From contig CM068770.1 of the NCBI GenBank assembly GCA_035084275.1, forward strand, positions 2,232,001 through 2,296,000: a stretch of DNA of 64,000 nt. The letters are read 5' to 3'. This DNA comes from Hydrolagus colliei. Taxonomy: Eukaryota. Below, one piece after another: positions 36,756 to 49,459 of the stretch (its first letter is position 1; every line of letters begins with the position of its first letter). The notes below the pieces were generated by a model. It ran no database searches, was not told where the DNA came from, and saw only the letters and a list, made by a program, of their open reading frames with translations. The position numbers and the translations under genes were made by a program.

Positions 36756-37457
36756 GTCAACTCCACTTGTAATTTCGCCCGTAAAACATACAGTCAATTC
36801 ACTTTACTGGCTAATCCATAAAGCGGTTTGAGATGTCTCGGAGACAAGACTCCATATCAAATGCAAGGATTATTATACTGTTTTCCTTCGTGTGTGTGAG
36901 AGGAGATTTTGTGTACGTGGAGGGTGGAATGTACAACCTGTCTGCCCACACGTAGGATTTTGTTTCTCTGTACTTTATATTTTGTTTTAAAAAAAAGAGA
37001 CAAAATGTACAAAATGGCAATAAAAGACAGCTTCAAATTGAGTCACGAGCGATGGAAAAAACTGGAGATGTGCCCGCATTACATTTATAACAAGATTATT
37101 CAATGACCAACACAGCTTCAAACACACTCCGTTTCACCTAAAGGTATGTTTTATGCTAAGTACTGTGTCTAAATCTAACAGGTAGTTCTTGTAAAGATGA
37201 CTTCAGGTACATCGTGTTGTAATAGATGCCTCGTGGCTATTTCTTTAGAAGGTGCAACTGTAACAGGAGAGACAAAGGGTTTCTGTTTGTGTGCATGATT
37301 GCATTTAAAGCTGAAATTGATTATCTTTAACTCACTGAACTCATTTTCCTTTGAAAAATTATGCCATTCAAATATACGTGTTTTGGATGAGAAAAGCTGC
37401 TCAGATCCGCTCTGCCTCTTGAGGTGGCTGTTGATTATCCCATGACACAATTGGAAA

Positions 37458-37960
37458 ACAATAATAAAGTATATTTATACACTTACTTTCACGCTGGGAG
37501 GATGCCCCAAGGTGCTGGACAAAGAGTCCAAAGGCCCAAATGCCAATGCTGGGGCCGGGCGGGACATGTGAAGCAGGCCGGAACCTGCTGAGCGGAGGGA
37601 GTGGACAGCTTGATACAGGGTTAGCAGAAGTCACAGAGGCAGGAAGGAGCAAGGCCGTGGAGGGCTTTGAAGGTGAGGTCAAGGATTTTGAACTCTACTC
37701 TCTGAGGGATGAGATACCGTTGGAGCCGGGCGAGGGTGGGGTTGATAGGGTCACGGAGCCTGATGCAGGAGAGGACACGGGCAGCACAGAAACCCAAATG
37801 GAGTGAGCGGGAGAAGAAGGATCAAAGCTGGATAGCAACAACTCATTCCACGACCTAGGAAAGGAAGGTTGGTGTTGCGAATGTAGTTAGAAAACAGAAG
37901 TGGGTCAAGGGAAGGATTTTTGAGACTGGGGATGATGACTGTGGTTTTTAAGAGGTAGGT
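37458..37960 (-). mobile_element. L2 LINE relic with ORF2 remnants
   Basis: Reverse translation VIIPSLKNPSLDP...NYIRNTNLPFLG corresponds to the L2 RT motif PLLKKPxLDP..NYRPISNLPFLSK; 3' tail present. Confidence 0.8.
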
Positions 37961-38399
37961 ACAGTTCCAGTGGACAGAAAAGGGAAGGGAGTTTCTCCCA
38001 GTGTCTGGTGAACAGTTCCCCAAGTAACATTGGTCATTCACTTCATGGCTGATTGTGTGGACATTGCTGTGTGCAAATTGGTTGCTACATTCACCGACAA
38101 ATAAGTCGCCATTATTTTTTTTGTACAGTTATTGGAAAATCCTGTGTAGCCCTGTGAGTCATCCTCCTGATGTGAGAGGCCACTACATCAAATGCAAAGG
38201 ATTATTTTCTTATTATTATTATTTTAAATTCTTTCCAAACTGTCATGTCTGGTTTTTCCAGGATGAGCTTCGAGATGGCTCGTGCCAAATCAAATGTAAC
38301 AAGCACAAAAGAACACTTGTTTCGAAGCCGACAAAAGACACAGAATTCCCAGAATAAAGTTAAGCCGGTCCACAAATAACCAGTTAACAAGGTATAATT

Positions 38400-38720
38400 A
38401 AGGTTTTGACAGCACTACTGCAGATTTGTTGATGCCCCCCCCCAAAATAACTGGTGGAATTTCTGACATTAACAATGCAGAAAGAACGCGTGGCTTAACT
38501 CTTAAAAGTACACCATCAACAAACGCCACTACTGATCCAAAGGAATCTAGGGCAAATAGGATGAGATAGTGACACTTTAGATATGGGGGTGGTGGATGGG
38601 AATACATTGAAAATGGGGGAAACTTTAAGGGAGTTGATGCACAAAAGAATTTAGGAGTCCAGGTGCATAAATCTTAATAAATAGCACATCAATCGGATCA
38701 CATCCAATGGTGGAACAGCT
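38400..38720 (+). mobile_element. CR1 RT relic
   Basis: gcagatttgttgatg (FADD-like), atgagatagtgacactttag, aagaatttaggagtccaggtgcataaatc (RDLGVQVH-like). Confidence 0.6.
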
Positions 38721-38739
38721 TTGACGAGATGATTAAATA

Positions 38740-38960
38740 ATAATAATTATAATAATCTTTACATTTGATATAGTGCTCCCTATCAGGACTTCGAGACGTC
38801 TCAACGCGCTTCACAGAAAATACCGTAAAGTGAATTTACCTTGTATTTTTTTCTTGAGTGAAACGCGGCAGCCAATTATGCACAGCAGCTTCCCTCCCGC
38901 ACACGATCGTGGGTTTGAGTGACCAAATTATTTGGATTGTTTTTTAAAAGCGATTATTAC
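38740..38960 (-). mobile_element. SINE 3' half
   Basis: Family body and tail on the reverse strand. Confidence 0.8.
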
Positions 38961-40377
38961 CCCTGGAAGGCCACTGGATGCCAATCTCCTGTTGATAAAT
39001 TCCCCGAAGGCATCGCAGTTGTAATGCACAGTGTGTGGGGGATTGTGGACAGAGTGAACTTAGTTTCCCATCACGCGTTACTATACTGCTGAGCTTAAAG
39101 CCTCCTTTGGCCACACAAGTGTAAACACAGCCTTTTGTTTCCCACTCCATTGCTTTGTAAGCATTTCCCAACTCTCAGCATTCCCCACTTCAGGTACAAG
39201 TACTCCGCAGTCAGAGGCTGAATCCTTCAACGGCTGCGGTGAAACGAGGAAAATCAAACAGACAAAACGACCGCATCCTAAACTCGACACAGCGGAAACA
39301 ACAAAAAAACGACATCTTTTCCAGTCACCGCCTTACCGGCAGAGAACTTGGACAACAATCTGACTTCTGCTTGATAGCATGGTGTCAAACCAGAGTTCTC
39401 CTATAAACACACAGAGTGAGAGCTATATTAATCAGCCTCGATTACAGGAAGCCCTCCAAAGAATTTTATCAAGTCAAACAAACAAAACTACAAACATTAA
39501 AAGCAGTTCGCTTTTTTCCCCCAACAACTAATTTGGAGCCCCGGAGATGTAATCTCTTACCCAGTGTGATACACAGGCTTGAGACTGATCAATCTTTGAC
39601 TGAACTGCTAGATTATTTTTCAGGGTGATGATTGCGGTGGGATGGGATGGGGTCCTGGGCAAGTGGGGAGGCAGTAGGTCTGAGAATAAGCTACAGTGGG
39701 TCAAACTGTGTCTCTTTATCTCATTGCAGGAAGGCTGTAGTGAAACGCTCTTAATAAAATGAAAATTCATTGCGTTTTTGCCCAACAAATTCAAAGTTGC
39801 TCCATTTGACAATGTATTCCTTGAAGCACTTTGAGACGGCTATCAACAGCGTGATAAGGCGCCATATCAAACACAAGTATTATGATTATTATTATTATAA
39901 AACAGAATACCGAATTAAATTGATGCTACACCAGCTGAGTGCGCTTCTGCATCAACCAGATATATGGGCAACTGTGTCCTTTGCTCGCCCTCCCTCCACT
40001 CATTTGATAGTAATTCATTTGCGTAGATGTTGTTTAATCAATCCCAGGCCTGCCAGTATTTCTCATCAGATTATACAAACCGATCTGTATTTAATCTGTG
40101 CTGGCAAACTATTTTGATAGACTGAAGGGGAAAAAAAAAGCTCCATTAAATCATACTGGACGAAAAGCTGCTGGATAATCTTACATGGAATAAAAGGCAG
40201 GTTTATTTTTAACGTAGATGAAGCGTGGTGCGAGCTCAAATGAGGCTAATTGGTAACAGGTTATTTCTTTGTAATCACAGACATGATTTCCACTGCATGA
40301 AAGTATCTTGAAAAGCAGGCTTTTCACAAGCAGGATGAGTGAAAGAGTCACAGAGATTGTAACGTGTGGTGACTGTA

Positions 40378-40529
40378 CATTTGATATAAACATTACAAAC
40401 TGAATAGGGGTTATTAGGGGTTTGAAATAGATTCATCGGCTGTGATTTTCAAGGATGAAGAGCAACAGTTGTGTTTATTTTGACCAAGTGTGGATCTTAT
40501 GTGTGAGTTAGTAATTAAATCAAGGGTTT
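40378..40529 (-). repeat. Arm B of the ~150-bp inverted repeat (partner 30849-30995)
   Basis: ggctgtgattttcaag...tttgaccaagtgtggatcttatgtgtgagttagtaattaaatcaagggtt. Confidence 0.85.
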
Positions 40530-40560
40530 GCTTTTTTCGCTGGATCAGTTATCAGTGGAA

Positions 40561-40772
40561 CTTACTCCACATGCCGGCTAATAATCGCTAAAAAAAACAA
40601 TTGGTAATTCCAATCCACGACTGTTTGTGGGGGATGCTGCTGTGCGCAATTGGCTGCCGTATTTCACTCACAAAAATATACAGTCAATTCACTATACAGC
40701 ATATTCTGTGAAGCGCTTTGAGGCATCTAGAAGACATGAAGAGCGCTGTATCAAATGCAAGGTTTAATATTA
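40561..40772 (+). mobile_element. SINE, 5'-truncated
   Basis: cttactccacatgcc, body and tail. Confidence 0.88.
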
Positions 40773-41699
40773 TGTCCTTCAAATAATATGTGAAACTGAG
40801 AACTGTTGCACAGATTGATGTTGAAGATCCCGTGCGACTATTGGAAAAGCGTTTCTCCTGATAACAAGGCTTCAGGTGAGTCTTGTTGCTGTGCGTCAGA
40901 TTTTGCCATGTGCGAAATGGCTTCCGCGTTTGCCTACAAGCGCACGACATTTGACAGTAATTACCGCAAAGCGCCATAAGAATCGCCACATCGATAAATT
41001 GTTCCAAAATGTGTTTTTTCCCTTTCTCATTCTTTCCGGATTATTTAAAAAAATTCCAAACCTTGATATACCGCACTTGATGTCAGGAGTCAGTCTCGAA
41101 GCATTTCACGGGATTGAAGGCAAAGTGACTGTGTATTTTGTAGGTGAGCCAGGGGAGACCAAGAATTGATGTTAAATGCATTCAGTATCAAAGCAAATTC
41201 AGCCCACAGTACGTCAACAACAATAGCAGTCCCGACATCAGTCTCTGCTTTCAAACCTATAAGAGGTGGAAGGGTTAATTTTGAAAGACACTTCAAAAGA
41301 TCGCAACTCAACAGTCGGAGTTTGGCCGAGATTGATCGTGCTGTCGGGAGCTTAAAAATATTTAAAACACATTTGTTCGTCTCTGAGCCTGAAATCCCTT
41401 ATTTATTGCTCAGTTCCTCTTACCCCACACACACACGCCGTAGCCAACCGAGTAACCGCTTGCTCCTGAAATTGTTCTGCTTCAAGTAACTCGCTTGATG
41501 TGCGAGCGGGAATTTCGATCCTCCTTTTTCCCCACCTCCCCGTGCTTTCCTTCTCTTTCGGGGAACTCCTCCGCCTCACTTGCCTCTTGTAACCATTCAG
41601 GAGCTCAAAGACGCTGCCCTGAGCAAAGAGAGCTATATAAATGCAAGTTGTTGATGTGGAGTTCAGTGTGTCAGTGCAGTGGGTGATGTCGATTTAGTA

Positions 41700-41850
41700 G
41701 TAATAATAATAGGAATAATTCTTGCATTGGATGACAGCACCTTCTCACATTTTCGATCCATCTCAAAGCGCATCACAGAATTCACACTGTAAAGTGAATT
41801 GACTGCGCATTTTGCTGACAAAATGCAGCAGCCAGTTGCGCACAGCACCA
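41700..41850 (-). mobile_element. SINE 3' part
   Basis: Family tail on the reverse strand. Confidence 0.75.
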
Positions 41851-42218
41851 TCTCAAACCTCTTTGTAGACGCTTGATCACTGTTTAGCTGTGAGAAAATG
41901 ACCACCGAAGCTTGTAGCGATATCTTTGGGAGCAGGTCACCAGTCGTGAGAGAGGTGTGTTCTGTATCTCTCATATCAAGTGATCAATGTTATAACGAAA
42001 CATGGCTCTCTTCAAAGGAGAGGAGTAATTTGATTTTCTTTAAGCAAATAAAGCTAATCACGAGTTTCACTCCTCCCCTCCCCCCTGTAATTAAACAGTC
42101 GAGAAGGTCAAAAACCAGCCAGGAAAAACCATTGTATCTTTTGATTTGGTTTCCCATACACAGCCTCTTCGTTGCCAAACCAACACTGAATATCATGATG
42201 TTTTACATTAAATTATTA

Positions 42219-42531
42219 TCCTGTAGCTCGGTTAGAGCACTCGCTTTATAAGCGAGAGACCTGGGTTCGATTTCAAGCCTGGGCGAAACCTTGGGAAAGT
42301 TTCCTTCCTCCACACGCCTGCTAATAATCATCTCAAAATAAAAAAATCAACAATAAATGGGTCATTTTTTCGATCCACGGCTGTTTGTGGGGACTCTGCT
42401 GCGCGCAATTGGCTGTTGCGTTTCGCCCGCAAATATACAGTCAATTCACTTGACAGTATATTCTGTGAAGCGCTTTAGACTTTTAGAAGATGTGAAAAGC
42501 GCTATATCAAATTCAAGGATTATTATTATTA
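42219..42531 (+). mobile_element. Full-length SINE (short form)
   Basis: tcctgtagctcggttagagcactcgc...gggttcgatttc, body and (att)n. Confidence 0.92.
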
Positions 42532-45500
42532 TAGCATTTTTTCTGGGTGATGTAATGGCAACAGGATTTGAGGGGGTTGGATGGGTGGGGGGCAATTACA
42601 GCTGTTAAATGAGTAGTGACAAGACAGCTGAGATACAAAGCAGTTTCAGATGTGTTCTCCCTGTCAGACCTGGTTATGAATTGTCAAGTTCGTACCATCT
42701 TTATTCATAAAGGTTTCTTTCAGCGCCAAGTAGCTTGCGGCTCTGATGTGCATTGAGAGTTCCACAATTAAGTGAATGGTTGGCCTTTAATGTTTTTGCT
42801 AATAAGGGGGCCTGGCAACTCGTTTCTACAAAAGAGCACTTTCTTTTGTAGAAAGGCAACGACTGAAGTAAAAAGGCCTTCATTAATTTGACAGTTCAAG
42901 CTGACAAACTAAATCTGCTAATGATACAAAAGGATCTCACACAAACTAGCACACTGAGACAATAAGTGACCCACTGGTAGGTTTGGGTCGTGGCAATTGT
43001 TTGAGAGGTATGATCTGTGTCTATAATTAGTGACTTATTACTAGATATATAAAGAAAGCGTGATAGACTGTCAATCTTTTCTCATGTCTCTACCTACCAA
43101 GACTTGCATTTTATATATGACTCAAAGCTGATATTTGTCGACAGGTGAAGTGCGATACTGTGAACGCTCTAACCTATATGTCTCCCCATCTGTGATTTTG
43201 CTTATCTCAAATTGGAAGTTGTGAAGCGGCCTGTAACACAGACACGACAAATATGTTGGCGTTATCGGTCGGATGTTTGTGGAAAGAAATGTCACAGGAC
43301 CTGGAAATCACAGCACTTAACCAGAGATATTTTTTTCTGGGGAATTCATGGGATTTTTAAAAATAGGAAATCTCTTGTAAAGATGCAATGAAAATATTCT
43401 ACATTTTGGGGGTTCAGCACATTATCAGCACACCTCAGTGGAGAATGTGTGTTCCAGATGTGTGCAATGTCGAGGCACAAGAAATATGAGATAATGGGAA
43501 GTTCAGGGTCAACTTTCTCCGTTACTTTTGCTTTAATTGTATACAACACTATAGTTTGAATAGTAGAATAGCTTATCTTTGAAAGGGGATGGCAACGGTG
43601 GTGGATTCCATTTGTTGATCCATGTTGCCCGAGTACTGTAGACTGTTTCTCTAGCGTCTAACTCCGACGTGGAATATTGGCAAAACACTTTTAATTTAAA
43701 AGTTCCACAAAGCTTTAAAATTGCAGGTAATGAAGTTAATTCTGACAAGTTTTAGCCCGTAAGACCTTTAATTCTGCCTTAAAGTTTAAAATCAGCAGAA
43801 AAGTAGAAAATGTTTGCATTCAATTTTAAACGGCTGCCTGGCGTGAAGGACGCTGTTTAATGCAAGTCGCCGTCGATTGTTAATTGGCAAGCCGGTTTTC
43901 TGCCATCGTTAAAACACCATCGGCTTACAAACTCGGTTTGAATTTTTAAGAATTTTCCACAAGTGACACAGTGGTTTATTCACAGGCTAAAATTTGTTGG
44001 AGTGTGAATAATATTCTGAAACTGAATTTTGGAAATGCATTCCTTTAGGCCAGCTCACACTTAAAGTTAACTTTTGAAAAACGTATGTGATGTTTTTTGG
44101 TAAACGTACAATGAACAGACAACCCTTCTTTCCAGCAGGATAATGCAAAATGTTTGGGACAAGGATTTCACTTTGATTTGTTTGTTTAGAAAAAATCAAC
44201 TTCTGAAGTAAATTGGTTTAAGCTGTTGTGGCAACTGACTTGCCAGATTAACCAATATGAGTGATATGTCAGTGCAGTTTTCAGCCAAGTCAGTCAGCTT
44301 AAGTATCCTATTCATTAACATCATCATTGAAGACTTGAGAAGCGATGGTGTGATTGTGAGCTGGCCATGGAAACTGTTTGCGATTTTTTTTTCCCTCCAT
44401 TAAATGTCAGCTGCCTCGAGACTTTGTACAGCAACGTTGGTTTGATACTTGCGGATGTCAGAACTGGGAATATGAATTAATCGGCCATTCCTCACCAATG
44501 GAAACATGTTCAAGCGTTAGTACATTCATCAATTGTGTAGAGGAGCTTTGCATTGCTGTCAAATTGCATCTTTAAATTGATTTACTTCTAGAACAAATAA
44601 TTCTGACAAGTGATAAATCCTTTAATAAACGATATTTTTCAAGAGTTTCAATCCTTTGATAAAATCGGGTTGAATGTCAGCATTGTTTCACAGAAGTTTC
44701 AATGTGTTTTATCGCATTGAATTTGCTACGAAACATCGCATTTTTCACTTCATCATTTCAAGCTTAAACTCCCTTTCAGGCCCAATAGACTGTACTACAA
44801 TAATGATCCGTGGATCGAATCTTACAAAATTCGGCATCGAATCTTGATTGCACAGGTTACAATCATGTGAAACTCTTCAGGGGAAAAGGATAACATTATT
44901 TTAGTCCCGGCATTTCAAGCGTTGCTTTTGTATCCTTCATTTTTATTGGCATTTTGATGCGATTCATGAATTCATTCAAAATAGTGAATGAAGCGAGTCC
45001 TGAAGTTCAGCAGGCAGTTACAATGAGTTGCAGCAATGACGGTAAAAAGATGAATCTGGAATAGGTAACGCTGACAGTCAGCTTTTCCTCTGCGCAATAA
45101 ATCTCGAGCTACAATCTTAAAAAGACTTTTGAGTTTACCTTTGACTCTTGAATTCAATCCACAGCTCAGTTAAGACATTTCAAGGGGGAAAAATAATCAG
45201 AGCCTGTTTCAGTGGAAATTTGCAGTGTAGGCATTGCAAAATAGTTTGGGATTTTTGTTAAAATGAAATTCAACCATAGCGACAGCCTTGGAAACACAGA
45301 AGATTTATTTCTTGATATGTAAAATAATCTGTAGGATTCCTCAATCGTGTCACACAAAATGTCAACCAGATGAACTTGATGAAACTTGAGGAGAGGTTTT
45401 GTTTGAATACTGGTAGCAGAGTCTTAGGCAGTATTATAAATTTGTCTCCATGTGGTTTGGTTGCATTCAACCCTTTAATTAGTCAGTAGTGGCTTTTAGT

Positions 45501-45534
45501 TAAGCATACGTTTAGTTTATTTCCGGCTCCTATT

Positions 45535-45725
45535 TGTATAGATCCGTCATCTCATTTGTCCCTCATCCCTGCCGTTTCACCATCGGTGGCTGTGCCTTCA
45601 ACCACTACACCCTGAAACCCTGGAGCTCTTTCCCTCAATCCCTCTACCTTGACCTCCCCCCCCCCCCACCCCACCCCACCACAACACACACCACCCTCCC
45701 TCCCAAACTTCAATGCTGTTTTTAA
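45535..45725 (+). mobile_element. L2 3' fragment
   Basis: caccatcggtggctgtgccttcaaccact...ccctggagctctttccctcaatccctc. Confidence 0.65.
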
Positions 45726-46467
45726 CATTACTGATAACAGAATTACATGTTCTGCTTTGGGAAATTAAGCTGGCATTGGTTAGCCAACAAAGAACTCAGG
45801 AAACAAGTTCCAGTTTTTAGCTATCAGAGTCTTCAGTAATGGAATCAAGGACAGAGATAAGCCAATTACCTTGTGCAGTAATTATCTAAATGGATGGTAT
45901 GTACTGGTTTTGTTCATCCGCCACACAAACTGTTAGGTATAGGATAGGGTTGAACCCTTTATGTATTGATATTCTTTGTGTCTTGTTTCTGCACACTGTT
46001 TAATGTAATTTTGATGTGAGGTTTGGGTCAATGACTCAGTCGACAAAGATGTTTCCTTGTACGCAACTAACTATCATGGGAACTTTGTGAAGTGCTTGGA
46101 GATGTTGTGGATATCGTAGGTGCTCTAAGTTGGCAAGATGTGTGGTACGCAAATGCAACTTATTACAGTATATTGTTTGTGCTGTATCCAATGCAAAGAT
46201 TATTATTTTATTATTAATCCATGCTTTCCCTTCTCATTCCCCAGCACCAAACAGTTAGGTTCTCTCTCAAAGTGCTGTACGTCTTTGCGGTCAATATCAG
46301 AAACCTTAGGCTTAGTACAACTAAGCGTTACAACCTCAGAAGGAACCTCTGACCTTGTCACGTGTATTGAGATGAGACAGAAAATGGTTTCGTTCGACTG
46401 CGGTCTTTTGAAAAAAAAATCAAGGGGAGAAAGTTCAAGGTAGCATGAATCTTTGATGTCAATTGTT

Positions 46468-46605
46468 CATAATAATGATAATATTCCTTGCATTTGATAT
46501 AGTGCTTTCCACGTCTTCTAGACGTCTCAAAGCTCTTCACAGAATATACTGCATATTTGTGGGAGAATTGACTGTATATTTGTGGGCGAAACGCGGCAGC
46601 CAATT
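46468..46605 (-). mobile_element. SINE 3' part
   Basis: Family tail on the reverse strand. Confidence 0.88.
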
Positions 46606-47562
46606 ACGGCTTTAAATGCCTGGCTTTCATGCTTTGTGTGACGGCTTACACAGGGCATTTTAGGTGAGGCTGAGGGCTTGCAATTTCTCATGCTGGATGA
46701 GGCCAAGTTAGTGTGAACATTTGAGTGAATGCGTTAAAAAAAAGACTCTACTGACCTTTTCTCCAAAGAAAGAAAGGAAGAAGTCGGAAGCTGTGTGTGG
46801 CTCTTAACACGTATACAACCTGAAGTTTAAGTCCCAATGAGAGTATATCCACTTGGAACTGAAGAGAGGCTATAATTAGGACCGTTGGGCCCAGGTTTTA
46901 AGACCTTGGTGGTCGGAACCTCAAGCCATTTCTGACCAGCTACTCATCATTAAACTATAAGACGGCTCCTCAAATCCCACCGGTCTGAAAGTAAGGATAA
47001 TGCATCCCCTTTTACATGCCCTCCTCACAATACACCTTTTAATAAGATCACTGCTGGGAAGAAAAGCCAAGATAGTTTGTCCGTGAATGGAACCGAGGAA
47101 AGTGAAAGCGTGAAATCCCCAGAGCCCATCGTAACAGCAGGTCTTCTATAAGACAGAATAATGGAATGGTTTTTTCCCCCATCCAAAACCACCGCAGGTG
47201 ATGTGCGATTTGAATGAAATGGACTTCACGGGTCATTTGCACCTCAGCATGGAACGAGGCTCGTTTCGGAGCAAGGTTCATTTCAAGATTGCTGGCAACA
47301 CAAACCCTAGATTGGTTTGAAAGAAGCCCTTATTAAGCACCAGGACACTAATAATCAACAATGAGCTGGGCTTTGGGGAGACATTGTGGACTGTGACAGG
47401 AGTCTAGTTTTTTTTTGGGTGAACTATTTCAAAGATAGTTTTTTTTAAGAAAAAAAGCAAAACGAAGATGCAAAATGCCGTTGGTTACAGTAAGCAGAGA
47501 GCCCGGAACGGTGGGAAAGAGACACCGTCAGATTTAATTATATTACCACAACATACGTAACA

Positions 47563-47903
47563 CTAATAATAATCCTTGCACTTGATAAAGCGCATTGTCA
47601 CGCCTTTGAGATGTCTGTGAACTGACTGTACATGTCGTGGGCAAAACGCGGCAGCCAATTGCGCACAGCAGCGTCCCACAAGCACTCGTGGATTGCGTAA
47701 CCAAATTCTTCATTATTTTGGAAAAATTATTGCTCATGGAAAAGTGATCGACCAATCGACTAACGACAGAGTTACTTCTTAGTACTAGGTACGCAGTGGC
47801 GTGTGGGGTAATAAAGCTTGACCAATATTTCGCCCCGGCCAGGAGTCAAACCTGGATCCTCTCGCTTGCGAGGTGAGCGCTCTAACTATTAAGCTACAGG
47901 ACT
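47563..47903 (-). mobile_element. Full-length SINE, long (more diverged) form
   Basis: Tail, body, extra internal domain (gaaaagtgatcgaccaatcgactaacgacagagtt) and tRNA head ending aagctacaggact. Confidence 0.85.
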
Positions 47904-48171
47904 GCAGTGCACTTTTCCTCACAACGAGTGCCAAATAAACAGAAGATCTTACATCAGGTTGCTCGGTGCAGCTTGAAAGGTTAACATTGTACACGCACTT
48001 GGCACAGATGGATTTAGTTGCACAATCCAGGCATCAATCTTAAATTGTTTTGCGTAGTTAAGAAATACACTAATCAATCACGCACACTGAAACTTGAGTG
48101 TAGCAGAAACACTCAAATCTTTTTCTTTCTATATGAAGAGCAATTGGATTTGTGTCAACACTCTTTACTTT

Positions 48172-48511
48172 GGCTCCTGTGGTTCAGTGGTTAGAGCACT
48201 TGTCTTGCAAGATGGGTAGACCAAGCTGGGGAGACCTGTGTTCGAATCCAGGCAGGTCAGGGCGAAACCTTGGGCAAGTTTCCTTACTCCACACACACGC
48301 CTAATAATAATCCATCCAAAAAAAACACACTGATAAAATCGGTCATTTTCAATCCACGACTGTGTGTGGGACACTGCTGTATGCAATTGGCTGCCGCGAT
48401 TCGCCCACAAATATACAGTCAATTCACTTTACAGTATGTTCTGTGAAACACTTTGGGACGTCGATAAGATGTGAAAAGCGCTACATCAAATGCAAGGATT
48501 ATTATTATTAT
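48172..48511 (+). mobile_element. Full-length SINE (short form) with an insertion in the anticodon arm
   Basis: ggctcctgtggttcagtggttagagcac...gttcgaatccaggcaggtcagggcgaaacc, body and (att)n. Confidence 0.92.
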
Positions 48512-48649
48512 TTGGTTGTGATATTCGAATAAAGTAGCCTATCTTGATAGTGAGTCACGGCAGTGAGGTACATCAGAAGATAAAGGATGAATAGTACCGG
48601 TTAATTGGAAAATGAACCGCTTGCAAGTGCAACAACTGCCTAACTCACT

Positions 48650-49010
48650 GCTTTAGCTCAATTGAGGGGGTGAGGTGGAGAGGCTTGAGTAGGTGGGGGC
48701 GGTTTAGACTAAAGGGCCTGATCACTGATGGTAGAGTGGCCAGGGATGTGGTGGGGGGGGATATAATACAGGCCAGTGCCTGGGGAGCAAAGGGGACGGA
48801 GAGGTTGGTAATGTTTTAGCAGGTGACAGAGACAGGGAGGGGCAAGACCGTGGAGTGAAAGTGAGGGCGCGCTCGATCTTCAACTCATAAGAACGTAAGC
48901 ATTAGGAGCAGGAGTTGGTCATTCAGCTCCTCAAGCCTGCCCCCACCATTCAATAAGATCATGGCTGATCTACCCGCCGTAGCCCCATAATCCCTCGTAC
49001 CTTGATCAAC
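48650..49010 (-). mobile_element. L2 fragment (48650-48884) adjoining a CR1 3' end (48885-49010)
   Basis: ggcaagaccgtggag...gtgagggc; cataagaacgtaagcattaggagcaggagttgg. Confidence 0.7.
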
Positions 49011-49459
49011 TCAATCCTCTGCGAGACAGTGGAACCGGCCGAGTGCTGGGCTGATCGACAGGCTGCAGAATTCGGAATAATATATCAAATGCAATAATAA
49101 CTATCATTAATAATAATAATAAAATTATTATTAGATGCTAATCTAGCACGTTATAACAGCCGTCCTGTATGGTTGGTTGTTCATCGGGATCAACCGAGTT
49201 GTCGGTGCAGGCAAGTGCTACTTTGGGAATTGCGTCGGTCAAATGAAAATTCCAAGTTTATAGCCATCCGCATGAAATGGGATACGGTGAGATCAAAATC
49301 CCAGTAAGCCTGCTTTTGGATCCAGCGCAGGAAGTGTTTGAAATCACTTAGCAAACCTGCGGTAAAGCATTTTACATATCCCCTTAACCCCAGTGTTTTG
49401 TACTGTTCAGTATTTCACTTGTACGTCCGTCAGTCTCTAACATAGCCCTCCCCTGCACT

